A stretch of DNA of 64,000 nucleotides. It comes from Macrostomum lignano. Its lineage: Eukaryota. The position numbers were made by a program, and so were the translations under genes. The stretch lies in NCBI GenBank assembly GCA_002269645.1, contig NIVC01003006.1, positions 1 to 64,000 on the forward strand, written 5' to 3'. Shown piece by piece: positions 1 through 14,929 of this stretch (position 1 is the stretch's first letter; every line of letters begins with the position of its first letter). The notes beneath the pieces are model-generated. The model did not search any database and had not been told where the DNA came from. It worked only from the letters and a program-made list of their open reading frames with translations.

Positions 1-219
1 AGCGCCATCATTCTGCTGCTCATTGCCGTGCTCACGGCCTCGTCCTGTACTACAGCCTGCGTTACAAAAACCTCCGCAGGCGAGTGTCCAGCCTGATGAT
101 CAGCCTGGCCGGTCGGACCTGCTGGTCGGGCTCGTCTGCATCCCCGTTAACCTGGCCGGCTGGCTGCTCAGTACTGGATGCTGGGCTGGCCCGCTGCAAG
201 ATACTGCTCAGCGTTGATG
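1..219 (+). CDS. Class A (rhodopsin-like) GPCR, exon encoding TM1-TM2-ECL1-start of TM3 (5' partial; about 4 single-base frameshifts)
   Basis: Manual translation across frameshifts gives SAIILLLIAVL-N-GLVLYYSLRYKNLRRRVSSLMISLA-SDLLVGLVCIPVNLAGWLL-YWMLG-P-CKILLSVD (TM2 LAxxD motif, ECL1 W, TM3 C). Donor GATG|GTGAGT at 219/220, phase 1. Confidence 0.75.
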
Positions 220-294
220 GTGAGTGCGGCGAAACGGAAGGGAGAATGTGAACGTGAATATGGGGTGTGATTGGATGTTACAGGTTGTGACTGA

Positions 295-395
295 ATGTGA
301 CTGGGTGTGACTGGGTGTGACGGGGTGTTACTGGGTGTGACTGGGTGTGACTAAATGTCACTAAATGTCACTAAATGTGACTGGATGTGACTATC
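295..395. repeat. 10-bp tandem repeat (GTGACTGGGT / GTCACTAAAT variants)
   Basis: Direct reading of tandem units. Confidence 0.8.
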
Positions 396-949
396 AATCG
401 ATGCGACTTAGGTGTGACAATGAGGAGGCACTTCTTCAGTGTGCAGGTGTAAGGTCTATGAATATTGGATTTTATATTTAACTGGCCTTGAGGCTGGAAT
501 CATTAGCACGCCTGGGCTAGCTCAATAGCAACTTTGTTGCTTACGCAGAAGTGTATAAAAGTTAACTGAGAGTCCAGCCTGACTTTGAGTACTATGCGGA
601 AAAGCCAATGTTCTGTGCCAGCTAAATCAGCAGTTTCGCGCTGCGTAGGCGAGAGAGAAAGTTAATTAGTGCCGAAGAAACCTTGGACTTCTTTCTACAG
701 GAATTTTGAGATCTCAGAGGACTTTGGGCTCACATTAGCTAATGCAATTCAGAGTCTGTCGCGTCGGAAGCAACAGAGAGAAAACTGAGACGTTTCACAA
801 ACTCGAAAGTTCGCACAGCTACTGTTTAGTCATCCTGCGACCATGGTTTGCAAAGTAAGATACGAGCTGCATGCCTCAGCCACCGCCCCTCCAGCCGCGC
901 GTACCCCTGCAACCTTTCAGACGCCAAATTCAACCCTTTTTACGAGCTA

Positions 950-1299
950 TTAGAGGCCGGGGGCTGTGTGCACTTGGCGCACTTTAAGCGACATTTCCGC
1001 ATTGCTGCCCATTCCGCCGATCCCCTGAGGCAGGCACACAAGCGCGCGAGATGCGTACGCAGTCACACGCACAGGCACACACTCACACAGGAGTGTACAG
1101 CGGCCCTAACTTTATTTATCGTTAGGCATGTACACTTCACTGTGCCTTGGGGGGGGGGGGTTGGCCTTCAAGGCCGTTAATTGCACGAGCAGAGCCAAGC
1201 CGAGATTCCAATTCAGCCCCAAATTAATGTGACTGCACTTGGAATCGAGCCTGGGCCGCTGGCACATGAGAGAGCCGCTCTAGACCACTGGGCTACGGC
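950..1299 (-). mobile_element. tRNA-derived SINE, family 1, copy 1
   Basis: Minus strand starts GCCGTAGCCCAGTGGTCTAGAGCGG (A-box-like) ... GGCTCGATTCC (B-box-like). About 350 bp homologous to 1977-2357. Confidence 0.7.
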
Positions 1300-1349
1300 A
1301 CAGCCCAAGTCAAACCCATGCACAACTTCAGTAGAAAGACGCTTGCAGC

Positions 1350-1519
1350 CGATTTTCTTAGAAATGAGCTGCAGTCCGGTAAAGAACGAAGATTTGCCGT
1401 CGAAAAAATTCGGATTTTGCCCTACCGAATTAGTCTATGGCCAAACCCCATTCAGCGCTATGCATTCTCAAATAGAGCATACTAGTTGTACTGACGATAC
1501 GACATTTCTAAGAAAATCG
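1350..1519. mobile_element. Small MITE-like element
   Basis: Perfect 17-bp inverted repeats CGATTTTCTTAGAAATG (1350-1366) and CATTTCTAAGAAAATCG (1503-1519); no clear TSD. Confidence 0.4.
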
Positions 1520-1976
1520 AGCGTATTTTAGTTGTCCATGGTATCGAAATTTTCCGGGTTTTCGGGGTGGGGGGCGGGAGGCTATGCAAATTTTCTGAAT
1601 GGCCAATTACGGAAAATTTGTTAGAATTTTTTAACAAAAAACCTCTAATTTAGTACCTAATTGTCTTAATTGTAATTTTTATATTTGTAATTTCGTTTCC
1701 GCTCCGACAGCTCCAGAAATTTTTTTGGATTTATTGTAGACCAGCACACTGATTTTGAATTTTTGCACTCACAGAATTATTAAAGAGAAAGTTAAATTTG
1801 AAAACTGATCAGAGAACCAAACTGAATACAGGAACGTTACTTGATGGACAGGCCACAGATTGCTCAAATCAATTTTAAAATGGATTTGAACGAACTGTAC
1901 ATTGGTTTGAGCGATCTTCCCACTAGCTCACTACAAGCTAAGCTAAGGGGTAAATTTTGCTGTGTCATTTTTTTTA

Positions 1977-2357
1977 TTAGAGGCAGGGGGGCTGTGTGCA
2001 CCCTGGCGACAGGCAACAGGCGACAGGCACAGGCACAGGCGACAGGCACACTGGCGACAGGCACACAACGGCGAGAGGCATTGCTGCCCATTCCGCCGAC
2101 TCCCCTGAGCAGGCATACAAGCGCGCGATACGTACGCAGGCACACACACACACAGGAGTGTACAGCGGCCCTAACTTTATTTTATCGTTAGGCATGTACA
2201 CTTCACTGCGCCTAAGGGTATTGGCTCTCAAGGCCGTTAATTGCACAAGCAGAGCCAAGCCGAGATTCCAATTCAGCCCCAAATTAATGTGACTGCACTT
2301 GGAATCGAGCCTGGTCGCTGGCACACCAGAGCAGCCGCGCTACCGCTGGGCTACGGC
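1977..2357 (-). mobile_element. tRNA-derived SINE, family 1, copy 2
   Basis: Homologous to 950-1299, with a GGCGACAGGCAC-type micro-repeat replacing part of the tail. Confidence 0.7.
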
Positions 2358-2572
2358 CCCCTTTTGCTATGTCGTGCTGCACTTCATAGCGTATCAGATG
2401 AGCACACAAAGATTTTCATTTCGCTGGGTCAGTGACCCCCTGACTCAGTTCAGTTCGTGTGCGTCGGAGTTCTGGGTTCGTGTCGGGATTTTGGTTCGGG
2501 ACGGAGTTCGGGTTTCCGAAAGATTAAAGAAGAGCTCGGGTTAACCACGAACCCCGAAAACAATGGCCATCC

Positions 2573-2961
2573 CGAACGATTTGCTTATCTTCAATGCTCA
2601 ACAAGTTTCATAAACTCAAAATTTCACACAGGGCTAAAGCGAAATTTGTCATATGTTGTTCTTTTTATGACAACAGCCAGCGCGGATCGGCCTCAGATTT
2701 AAGTCCGCCCCAACCCTGTCAATCAAAAATCTGAGCGTCCGTCAAGACCTTTTATTCTAATTTTCTTTGAAAAGGAGATCAATTCTGTCAACTGTTGACA
2801 ATTCTTGTCGAGTTTTCTCTCCTAGCAGTTTGATCCTAATCCTGCACAGGTGGGAGTGGGAGTGCCCGCTCACCTCTGCTTCCATTTATCATTCCCAAAC
2901 AACAGCCTGACAACCAAGGTCTGGGCAAAATCTGTAAAATGTTCAGATTGATTTTGAGATG
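2573..2961. repeat. 389-bp unique-looking block, copy 1 of a near-identical direct duplication
   Basis: Matches 5264-5652; the only differences I noticed are two 1-bp homopolymer indels. Confidence 0.9.
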
Positions 2962-3146
<185 letters not shown>

Positions 3147-5263
3147 GGAGGGCGCCTCCAATCTCAGGCACGGAACGCGGTACATGTAAAAAGGACAAAC
3201 AAGTCAAGATGATTTAAGTTGCCGATATTTCGAATTAGGTAAATTCTTCGTCAGGGCAAGTGAAAAGTAGTAGCGACAAGTGGTGTTGTAAAAGTTATTA
3301 AATAGGCGGGTTAGAGGGGAGAGAGAGTAGGCAGGTAGATAGAGAGCGTACGGTATGTACACTTGGTGTGAGTCGATAAAACACTATTAGAGTTGAAAAT
3401 GCAAAATAAAAAACAGTGCACAAATAAAGTGAACCGCACGTGGGCTGCAGCGATCCTACACACGAAATAAATAATGGAATAGTGCGACTGCACCGGTGTC
3501 TAAAAAGGGAAAGAGTGACTCTAAGCACTTTACAAAATGACCTCAATAAATAAATAAGCAGTAAATCAATAAATAAATAAATAAGGTGAAAGGCCCTCAA
3601 AAACTTAAAAAAGAGCAATTGTACGATAAGCAAAAGAGTAAAAGTAAAAAGTGTAATAAAAAGTACAGGGTGTCAAGAAACAATAGAAATGTTGATGCAG
3701 AATAAATGCTGAGAATATACAAAGCTGTGCTTGGGCTAGCGATGAGAATAAAAAAATTTCTAAGAAAGGAGCAACAAAAGGCTTGGTAGGTACCGGCACG
3801 GTCTGACAAAGGTAAGTAGAAGGGAAAGTGAAGTAAAAATCAAAAGGAAAAAATACAAAAATTCAATCAGTGGTGGACTCCAGTCGACTGGGACAGAGCA
3901 GCTGCCGGAGGTTCCGCCCTTTGGTGTAGGCGGGCAGCACCGGCGCCTCGCAGCACCGGCCACGCGGTCCTTCACCGCGGCCACCAGGGCGTCCGACCTC
4001 GCACAATGGGGCAGGATCAGCGGATGGCCGGGTTGTGCAGCGTGCCGGCAAGCTCGTTGACGCCGTGCGGGGTTTGAGTCTTTAACACCTCGATGAGCTT
4101 GGCCTCGTGCGCTGCGCCGCTCGTTCGCTCTGGGTCCCGTGCCGTCACGAGACCAGATGCCGGTGAAGGCGAAGTCCGCCAGACTGTGGCCATCACTGGT
4201 GAAGTGGCGGGCCACCGGAGTGTCACGGGCGTGCCGGATGTCGCCGATGTGCGCCAGCATGCGGCCGCGGATGCTGTTGGCGGTCTCGCCTACGTAGATC
4301 GTGTGGTCGCACCGGCGGCAGAACACGGCATAGACGGCGTTGGTGGCGTTGCAGTCGATCCGCTGACTGATGATGAGCTGGACTGTCGTGGCTGCTGATC
4401 CGGGGCAGACGGAGGCGAACCTGGCGTGTGCCTGCAGCACCTGCACAGCCGGGTCGGGTTGCACGGCAGAAAGCCGAATCCACCGTCTCGTCGGGTAGAA
4501 GCCCAGCTCCGTCAGCATCTCGTACTTGATCGTGCGCAGGAAACCGCCGATTGTAGCCCTGGTGTTGCACCAGACTTGAAAACAGCCCGGTGCACGCTGC
4601 GTCGAAATCGGCCATCAGGGAACACCGCCGGGCGTATCTGAGGAGCTGGGACTTCACCACGCCCCGGAACGTCCGCTTCGGGTGGAAAGAGTCGCGGTGA
4701 ATGAGCGTTCGGCTGTCGGTCGGCTTAAAATACACCTTAGTTGCCAGGCGCTTAACGTCACCCTCGCGGTCCAGAAGACGGTGGTATCGCAGGAAGTTGA
4801 CCTCGGTGCTGCTGTAGCTCAGCTGCAACCTGATGTTCGGTCGAGGCCATCCAGGAGCTCGTGGAAGCGGACCAGCTCGTCTCTCGTTCCGTGCCAGACG
4901 CCGAAGATGTCGTCGATGTAGCGCAGCCACAGGGCGGGCTTCTGCGGGCTGAGCTCCCAGGCCCCGCTGCTCCCAGTAGCCCATGTAGATGTTACTGTAG
5001 CTGGCGCGCAAACGATTTTCCCATGGCCGTGCTTTCACTTGCAGAAAAAATTTGCCATCGAACTCGAAGTCGTTGCGCTCCAGGTTCAGCTTGAGCAAAC
5101 TGAGGAGGCTCGCGTCCGGGCGCCGGGCGTCCGGGTGCTCTCTGAAGGCCCTCTGTACGCACTCGAGTCCGGCCGCGGTCGGGATGTTAGTGTAAAGGCT
5201 GGCGACGTCCATGGTGAACAGAAAGGTCTCGCCCCGCGCCGGGCAGGTGATGTCTCTGATGCA
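3147..5263 (-). mobile_element. Penelope-like retroelement copy A (5'-truncated; RT + thumb + GIY-YIG endonuclease, frameshifted; probably Neptune-type)
   Basis: RT: FTMDVASLYTNIP...NDFEFDGKFFLQ...YSNIYMG...VYFKPTDSRTLIHRDSFHPKRTFRGVVKSQLLRYARRCS. GIY-YIG: IDCNATNAVYAVFCRRCDHTIYVGETANSIRGRMLAHIGDI...PVARHF, with a Cys-rich linker. Truncated just upstream of the MDV motif. Confidence 0.92.
3219..3259 (-). ncRNA. Minimal type I hammerhead ribozyme (PLE-associated)
   Basis: Minus strand UUGCC CUGACGA A GAAUU UACCU AAUUC GAAA UAUC GGCAA: stem I UUGCC/GGCAA, core CUGANGA, stem II GAAUU/AAUUC, GAAA, AUC triplet, essentially no stem III. Predicted cut between 3224 and 3223. Confidence 0.85.
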
Positions 5264-5652
5264 CGAACGATTTGCTTATCTTCAATGCTCAACAAGTTTC
5301 ATAAACTCAAAATTTCACACAGGGCTAAAGCGAAATTTGTCATATGTTGTTCTTTTTATGACAACAGCCAGCGCGGATCGGCCTCAGATTTAAGTCCGCC
5401 CCCAACCCTGTCAATCAAAAATCTGAGCGTCCGTCAAGACCTTTTATTCTAATTTTCTTTGAAAAGGAGATCAATTCTGTCAACTGTTGACAATTCTTGT
5501 CGAGTTTTCTCTCCTAGCAGTTTGATCCTAATCCTGCACAGGTGGGAGTGGGAGTGCCCGCTCACCTCTGCTTCCATTTATCATTCCAAACAACAGCCTG
5601 ACAACCAAGGTCTGGGCAAAATCTGTAAAATGTTCAGATTGATTTTGAGATG
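5264..5652. repeat. 389-bp block, copy 2
   Basis: Near-identical to 2573-2961; joined directly to the truncated 5' end of PLE copy A. Confidence 0.9.
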
Positions 5653-7228
<1,576 letters not shown>

Positions 7229-7237
7229 GAGAGAGAG

Positions 7238-7269
<32 letters not shown>

Positions 7270-7310
7270 CGAGAAAGAGAGAGAGAGAGAGGTAAAGAGA
7301 GGGAGAGAGA

Positions 7311-7346
<36 letters not shown>

Positions 7347-7369
7347 GAGAGAGGGAGAGAGAGAGAGAA

Positions 7370-7404
<35 letters not shown>

Positions 7405-7410
7405 AAGAGA

Positions 7411-7494
<84 letters not shown>

Positions 7495-7549
7495 AAGAGA
7501 GAAAGAGAGAGAGAGAGGTAGAGAGAGGGAGAGAGAGAGGGAGAGAGAA

Positions 7550-7646
<97 letters not shown>
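7229..7646. repeat. (GA)n microsatellite
   Basis: Direct reading. Confidence 0.95.
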
Positions 7647-7647
<1 letters not shown>

Positions 7648-8204
7648 TCAGTCGCGGCGCATTGAGGTTCAACCGGTTTCCAAGCCTGTGGACTCTCCGT
7701 CAGGCCACCAAATTTTCACATTCTCAACAACAGTCTGACAAGTAAGATCAGCGAAAAAACTGTGAAACGTTGAGCATAATTTCGAGAGCCCTTTAGTAGT
7801 CAGCTCAGGGTGCAAAAAAACCGAGCTAGGAACAGGGCAGGTGGCAGGGTTGGGCCACTGCTTGCCCCTGTAATTATGCAAATGAATATCGTTAGTTAGG
7901 TGGGTAATTGATGCGGCTGATGGACACGCCTCGACGTCATAAAAAACAAATAGCTTAACAGAAAGTTGCAAGCGGAGAGGTGAGTTAAAAGTGCAAAAAT
8001 TTTTTAATTTGTTTGTTGCCGAGGAGGCTGAGCGGCATCTGTAATTTACTGCTGCTTCCCAAGGCAATGCTGACGATCCAGGGCCCCTTGTGTAGAGTTT
8101 GTTGTACAGAGCGAACTCTCTAGCATAGCATCTGCTGTTGACTGATAGCTATGATTGAGTCGCTGGCTTCAGACAATAAACATGTGTGTACGACAGTTGA
8201 CTGT

Positions 8205-8310
8205 CTGTGTCAGTTGACTGTCAGTGTCATTTGACTGTCAGTGTCATTTGACTGTCAGTGTCATTTGACTGTCAGTGTCAGTTGACTGTCAGTGTCAGTT
8301 GACTGTCAAT
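8205..8310. repeat. 17-bp tandem repeat (TGACTGTCAGTGTCA(G/T)T)
   Basis: About 6 units just upstream of the GPCR exon 2 acceptor. Confidence 0.8.
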
Positions 8311-8354
8311 TCTTTTCCCCCACAACAAAGACCCTGCCAACCCCATCCTCGCAG

Positions 8355-9273
8355 CCTACGTGATGACCATCAACTCGCTCACGTTGATCTCCATGGCGGC
8401 CATCAGACTCCGCCAGAGCCTCATGCAGGCCCGCGGAGTCCGGGAGCTGTCGGACCGCTGCCTGCTGATCTGGGTCGCCTGCATCTGGCTCGCCTCCGCC
8501 GCCCTCTGCAGCCCCGTGCCGTTCATCTACACCGTCACGGAGACGCGCCTGATCTTCCCTGACCCCGGCAATTCCAACGGCAGCGTCACCGCCTACTTCT
8601 ATTACTGCCACGAGAAGGAGCTGAACACCACGGAACGCTACGCATTTCACCTGGTGACCCCGCTGCTGCACTCCGTCATCCCGGCCGTCTTCATCGCCTG
8701 CTGCTACTGCCACATCGCTATGGTCATCGCTTCGCGCGGCGGTCGCGCCTGGGGCAGCGCCGGCAGCCACCGCGCCGAGTCCGAAGCCGCCGGAGCTTCG
8801 GTGGCTCTGCAGCGAGCGCAGCAGCAACAGCAGCATCGCGAGCTGTCGCATCAGTTCAGCCATCAGGTCCAGCGGTACAGCTGTCTGAACTCCCACCGGC
8901 CAGTCCGTGGCAGCGGCGGCAGCACGGGCGGCGGCGGCAGCAGCGTCAGTGGCGCCCCAGCCAGCAGGCGATGCGAACGCAGAAGCGAGCCATCACCACC
9001 GTAGTGGCGCTGGTCATCAGCTTCGTTGTCTGCACCCTGCCGAAGCACGCCGTGCTGCTGACGTTGGACTTTCTGCCCAAACTGGAGCAGCGGGAGCCTG
9101 GCCAGCCGGAGGAATCCGCCGGGGTCGCCTTCATCAACGACCTGCTGCCGTTCTGCCAGCTGCTGATGTACATGCACAGCGTGGCGTCCCCGGTGCTGTA
9201 CTGGTACTACAACATCACCTTCAGGAGCTACATCCGGCGCTCCATGGCCAACCTCTGCAGCCGCGGCAACTGA
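8355..9273 (+). CDS. Class A GPCR, exon 2 (TM3-TM7 and C-tail), frameshift near 8970
   Basis: Acceptor CTCGCAG|CC at 8354/8355 is in phase with exon 1 (D-A-YVMTINSLTLISMAAIR). TM4 IWVACIWLASAALCSP, TM5 LLHSVIPAVFIACCY, TM6 ALVISFVVCTLPKH, TM7 MYMHSVASPVLYW; stop TGA 9271-9273 (ORFs 8360..9004 and 8971..9273). Confidence 0.85.
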
Positions 9274-9299
9274 AGGATGATGGAGGAGATGAATCAGCT

Positions 9300-9620
9300 T
9301 AATGCTGACCCATCTGACCCTTAGGTGATGACTCATCTGACCCTTAGATGCTAACCCATCTGACCCTTAGATGATAACCCATCTGAACCTTAGATGCTAA
9401 CCCATCTGACCCTTAGATGATAACCCATCTGAACCTTAGATGATAACCCATCTGACCCTTAGGTGATGACTCGTCTGAATCTTAGGTGATGACTCATCTG
9501 ACCCTTAGGTGATGACTCATCTGACCCTTAGGTGATGACTCATCTGACCCTTAGGTGATGACTCATCTGACCCTTAGGTGATGACTCATCTGACCCTTAG
9601 GTGATGACTCATCTGACTGT
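9300..9620. repeat. 23-bp minisatellite (CATCTGACCCTTAGGTGATGACT)
   Basis: Tandem units starting just after the GPCR stop codon. Confidence 0.85.
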
Positions 9621-9964
9621 TAGGCGGTCAAGGTGTTGATTATTTTTTCGTTGTTCTGTCGTTTGGTCTGCATTCAGCGTGTAACAGAAGCAAAGTTCTT
9701 TTTTAAAAAATCATCTTGCCCAAAACGTTTCTATGTACGTGTGCAATTGTTCTCACAGGAGCATTAATCCTGAAAACTTGGTATTGCTTCTTCGCAAATC
9801 AGCATTGTTGGACCATTTTTCTAACTCGCGCCTGCTTTAAAATAATTGCTTTTTTTAGCATTAGTAGCTGTTTAAATGTGCTGTGAGAGGGCTGTGAGTC
9901 TTAGTGGAAAATTCGGAATAGTTTGAAATTTGAACTCTTCTGAATCATAGACCCGCTTTAGACA

Positions 9965-10930
9965 CAGAACCGGAGCCAAATTCCGAAACACATTTTAAAT
10001 TCCGAAACAGAAACCGAAACTATTCCGAATCCGAAACTCCTCTTTAAAATTCCGAATCCGAATCCGAAACCCCTCTCGAATTACGAATCCGAATCCGAAA
10101 CCGAAACTATTCTGAATCCTAAACCGAAACTATTCCGAACCCGAAACCGAAACTATTCCGAATCCTAAACCGAAACTATTCCGAACCCGAAACCGAAACT
10201 ATTCCGAATCCTAAACCGAAACTATTTCGAATCCGAAACCGAAACTATTTCGAATCCGAAACCGAAACTATTCCGAATCCGAAACCGAAACTATTCCGAA
10301 TCCGAAACCGAAACTATTTCGAATCCGAAACCGAAACTATTCCGAATCCGAAACCGAAACTATTCCGAATCCTAAACCGAAACTATTCCGAACCCGAAAC
10401 CGAAACTATTCCGAATCCTAAACCGAAACTATTCCGAATCCGAAACCGAAACTATTCCGAATCCGAAACCGAAACTATTCCGAATCCGAATCCGAAACTA
10501 TTCCGAATCCGAAACCGAAACTATTCCGAATCCGAATCCGAAACTATTCCGAATCCGAAACCGAAACTATTCCGAATCCGAAACCGAAACTATTCCGAAT
10601 CCTAAACCGAAACTATTCCGAATCCGAAACCGAAACTATTCCGAATCCGAAACCGAAACTATTCCGAATCCGAATCCGAAACTATTCCGAATCCGAAACA
10701 GAAACTATTCCGAATCCTAAACCGAAACTATTCCGAACCCGAAACCGAAACTATTCCGAATCCGAATCCGAAACGATTCCGAATCCGAATCTGAAACTAT
10801 TCCAAGTCCGAAACCCCTCTTGAATTCCGAATCTGAATCCGAAACTATTCCGAATCCGTATCCGAAACTATTCCAAGTCCGAAACCCCTCTTGAATTCCG
10901 AATCTGAATCCGAAACTATTCCGAATCTAA
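9965..10930. repeat. About 23-bp minisatellite (CCGAATCCGAAACCGAAACTATT)
   Basis: Tandem units built from CCGAAW sub-repeats. Confidence 0.85.
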
Positions 10931-11604
10931 TCACTCATCGGAACTGAATGACTCACCGTGAGCTCTAACCAGTTATTAATCTGCGGTATTGTTATTGTGT
11001 TTCACAATTTTTTTAATTAACTTTGTCCAACCCAAACAACCTGCAATTCTTGCAAGTCGTGCTTCAAGCCAGCGGTGATTGACCCCCCCCCTGAACACTG
11101 TGGCAATGAGGATTGCCTGCCCCAAGGCAAAAATTGTTGTCTGCTCGCTCGGATAATAAACAGGAGGCTGTCCTTGGCCTGTCCGCTTCGCTTAATTGAA
11201 GAGACTGTAGCAAATGATATTTACGAAAAATGCTAATCTCGTCTTATATATTGTATTGCTTGTGTCAGAAGCAGTCTGTGTTGATACGCTCGAAGATATT
11301 TATTCTGCTAAATATATACCCCTATTGGACCTTCGCTAGCGAGGCACTCGTGACGTTTTATGTAGTGACAAATCTTATATTAGCTGAATGCTTTATCTTA
11401 ACTGCTTTTTCATCTATAATATATAATGGGCTACGCGCTGCGTCCTCCATAGTTGCAATCTCTGAGCTAACGGGATGAAATATCAGTAACCCGCATCAGT
11501 CCTCTGCCGGGGCTGACTCCACACTTCTACTCTCATGGTGCTCGGGCGGTGGCAACTGCAGGAGAGAGTTTTTGAGGTCTTTCGGACTAGAAGCGTTCAA
11601 TATC

Positions 11605-11639
11605 TGTCTGTCTGACTGTCTGTCTGTCTGTCTGTCTGC

Positions 11640-11720
<81 letters not shown>

Positions 11721-11746
11721 GACTGTCTGTCTGTCTGTCTGTCTGC

Positions 11747-11795
<49 letters not shown>

Positions 11796-11797
11796 GC

Positions 11798-11885
<88 letters not shown>

Positions 11886-12040
11886 GGTCTGTCTGTCTGT
11901 CTTAGTGTCTTAGTGTCTTAGTGTCTGTCTGTTTGTCTTAGTGTCTGTCTGTTTGTCTTAGTGTCTGTCTGTTTGTCTTAGTGTCTGTCTATCTGTCTGT
12001 CTGTCTGTCTGTCTGTCTGCCTGCCTGTCTGTCTGTCTTA
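11605..12040. repeat. (TCTG)n microsatellite
   Basis: Direct reading. Confidence 0.95.
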
Positions 12041-12979
12041 GTGCCCGTTCATCTATTGTCTATTTTGTAGCTAGATGTTGTCTACAAGAGTTGCCTACGG
12101 GCATGATAAGCAGCTACTGACGTACCAGAAGGGTATTTTTGGCGGCATGAGTTGTTGTTTATCTGTAAAATCCTTCAGTTGTACACTGTTTTATGTCGCA
12201 ATGCCCCTGTCTCCTTCAAAAGCCACCCCTGCAGAGCCGACACTCCCCAGTCGCAGTCAAAGACTTCCGCTGTAGGTGTCCAAGCTAATGAGACGCAGTC
12301 TCTGAGTTGCTTTCAGCCTCGCCCGCCAAACACTTGCAGTTGTTTTTCCCCGGGCCATTGCTAAGCGAAAGTTCGCCGCCGCCAGCTCAGGGACGGCTGA
12401 GAGGGAATTAAACGGCGGCTGGTTTACAGGAGAGAGAGGAGGACAATGCATAGGCAGAGCTGACAGCCAGCAGGACAGGGACTGCATAATAATAAGGCAT
12501 TAAAGCAGGAAGTCAGTACAATGCCCGACTGCGGTAGCTGCTCACACGCGCAAGAGTGCATGGGACACACAGCTCGGCTTGTGTGCCTGCAGAGCGAATC
12601 CTCAGATTGAAGGCTTATCTTAGCCTCCGATCAAAGCCGCAGCTGTAGCCCCCCCCCCTCCCAACCCTTTAGCTGTTGCTGTCGGCGCGGTCCCTTCTTG
12701 TCAAACCCAGAAATGTCAGCTAGGCACGCAAGCGCCTGGCGGACTTATCGGCTAGGCCTCTGCATTCGCTTACTGCTAAAAACCGTTTCTGCTTACTGAT
12801 TCGTTTTCTGCTCGATTCTTATCCAATTCTGCCTGTCAGTGATTGTTTTCCAACCGGCTTTTTGGCCTATTCCACTGGGTGATTGGTACAAGAGACAGCT
12901 GATTGCACTGTGTGTTGGGGTGCAATGGGATATGAGGAAACTCAAAATTTCAATATAAGTCTCGAAATGTTTTCAGCAG

Positions 12980-13235
12980 GTTAGTTAGTTAGTTAGTTAG
13001 TTAGTTAGCTAGTTAGTTAGCTAGTTAGTTAGTTAGCTAGTTAGTTAGTTAGCTAGTTAGTTAGTTAGCTAGTTAGTTAGTTAGCTAGCCTAGCTAGTTA
13101 GCTAGTTAGTTAGTTAGCTAGCTAGTTAGTTAGCTAGTTAGTTAGTTAGCTAGTTAGCTAGTTAGCTAGCTAGTTAGTTAGCTAGTTAGTTAGCTAGCTA
13201 GTTAGTTAGCTAGTTAGTTAGTTAGCTAGCTAGTC
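12980..13235. repeat. (TTAG/CTAG)n microsatellite
   Basis: Direct reading. Confidence 0.9.
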
Positions 13236-13959
13236 AGCAGTCAGTCAGGACGCGTCGCGTGTCGGGCCGCCCGAGCAGTGTACCGATCCGGACGCGTGTC
13301 TGTGACGCGAGAAGGACGCGCTCAATGAAGCTGTCTTTCAGTTTCGTCGAGTCTTCATTTTCCGCCCCGTCTAAAACCCCTCCTGCTGCGGTGCCCCCGG
13401 CCTTGACCCGGCAGTCTTTGCTGCTCCAAAGCTCACGCGAGCCTTCGATAAAAAGCGGGAGAAGCAGGAAAAATATCCCTTAGCCCTTAGCATAAGCTCG
13501 GCGCAGATCCCCTTTGCCAAGTTCTCCCCACATGAGGCTCGAAGGCGGCACTCGTTGAGCTTCTCATCTCGTAGGAAACCCTCGAGCAGAAAATTCTGAG
13601 CACTGAGACGCTGGCCGCCGGGCGCTAGTCTGTGAAAGTTTCGAATTTTGATCGAAAACAGAAGACATTTTTATTTACCTTTTATTCAGCTGCATTGAAG
13701 CAAATAAGGAAATCGAGTTCAAGCAACAACTGCATACACTTGTTGATAAAAAGCAGGCAAATGCCAGCTTGCAGGGGTACAAAATCTTTCAGTGGACAGA
13801 ATTAAATAAACCAGTGGAATAGATGAGATGCGTTGAGCAGTAAGAATCTGATCTGTTATCAAATCGTTGATCCATAATATGGTCCATAAGCTTAGTCATG
13901 CTTAATCCTATTCACAATAATCCGATCCATTATCGTGTCAATGATCCAATTCATGAGTT

Positions 13960-14200
13960 AATCGATAATTCAATCAATCGATAATCCAATCAATCGATAA
14001 TTCAATCAATCAACAATTCAATCAATCAATAATTCAATCAATCAATAATTCAATCAATCGATACTTCAATCAATCGATAATTCAATCAATCGATAATTTA
14101 ATCAATCGATACTTCAATCAATCGATAATTCAATCAATCGATAGCTCAATCAATCGATAATTCAAGCAATCGATACTTCAATCAATCGATAATTCAATCA
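13960..14200. repeat. 16-bp minisatellite (AATCAATCGATAATTC)
   Basis: Tandem units just beyond the KLHL8-like stop codon. Confidence 0.85.
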
Positions 14201-14255
14201 AAGTTAGACTAAAATCTAACGGATAATCCTATGGATAATCCAGCCGATAAGCCGT

Positions 14256-14793
14256 TCAGTCGATCCGATTAGCCCTGATCCGGCCAGCCGGCCAGCCAGT
14301 CAGCAGGCAGACGCCGGCGCCGGCCCGCCGCAGCGCCAATCCTGGCGCCGCCTCCCAGGCGCCGGCCGCCGGGTCGAGCCGCTCGGCGCTGCCCAAGTAA
14401 GCGACGCCGTCGTGGCCTCCCACCGCGTACAGGCGGCCCCAGAGGGCCACCGCGCCGAGGCCGCCGCGGGCGACGCTCATGGGCGGCAAGTCGAGCCAGC
14501 GGTTGCAGCGCGGGTCGAACCGCTCGACGCTGGCCACCGCGCCACGATCGTCGAAGCCGCCAAGGACGCAGACGCCGCGGCCGGCCTCGTCAGCAGCCGC
14601 CGCCGCTCCGGCCCTCGGCCGCCGCATGGAGGCCGCCGGCAGCCACATGTTCTTCACCGGGTCGTACAGTTCGCAGGTTGACAGAGCGGCCGAGGAGTCG
14701 TTGCCGCCGCAGACCAGCAGGCGGCTGCCGGAGTCCACGGGGGCGCCAGCGGAGCCGCCGCGAGGAGTTTGAGTTGGCGCCACAGGCGCCCAG
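14256..14793 (-). CDS. KLHL8: Kelch-like protein 8 orthologue, last exon (C-terminal Kelch repeats)
   Basis: Acceptor TTCCCAG at 14794-14795, phase 2. WAPVAPTQTPRGG...LLVCGGNDSSAALSTCELYDP...VLGGFDDRGAVASVERFDPRCNRW...LYAVGGHDGVAYLGSAERLDP...RRAGAGV follows the KLHL8 order GGND / GGFDD / GGHxG...RAGAGV. Confidence 0.85.
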
Positions 14794-14929
14794 CTGGGAA
14801 TTATGGAGAGAGAAATTCTCGCATTGTTACTCAGGTGAGTAGTATATGCTGATGCATAAAAATCAATAACCAAATTTGTTGACACGTCAAGAGGTAAAGA
14901 TGAGCATAAATATGAAACCATAGAATAGA

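Noticed and set aside
7669-8067. 132-aa minus-strand ORF upstream of the PLE array as the PLE 5' part
   Set aside because: No RT or other recognisable motif, and it is separated from the PLE by (GA)n.
12980-13235. Interstitial telomeric repeat
   Set aside because: Units are TTAG/CTAG, not TTAGGG or TTAGG.
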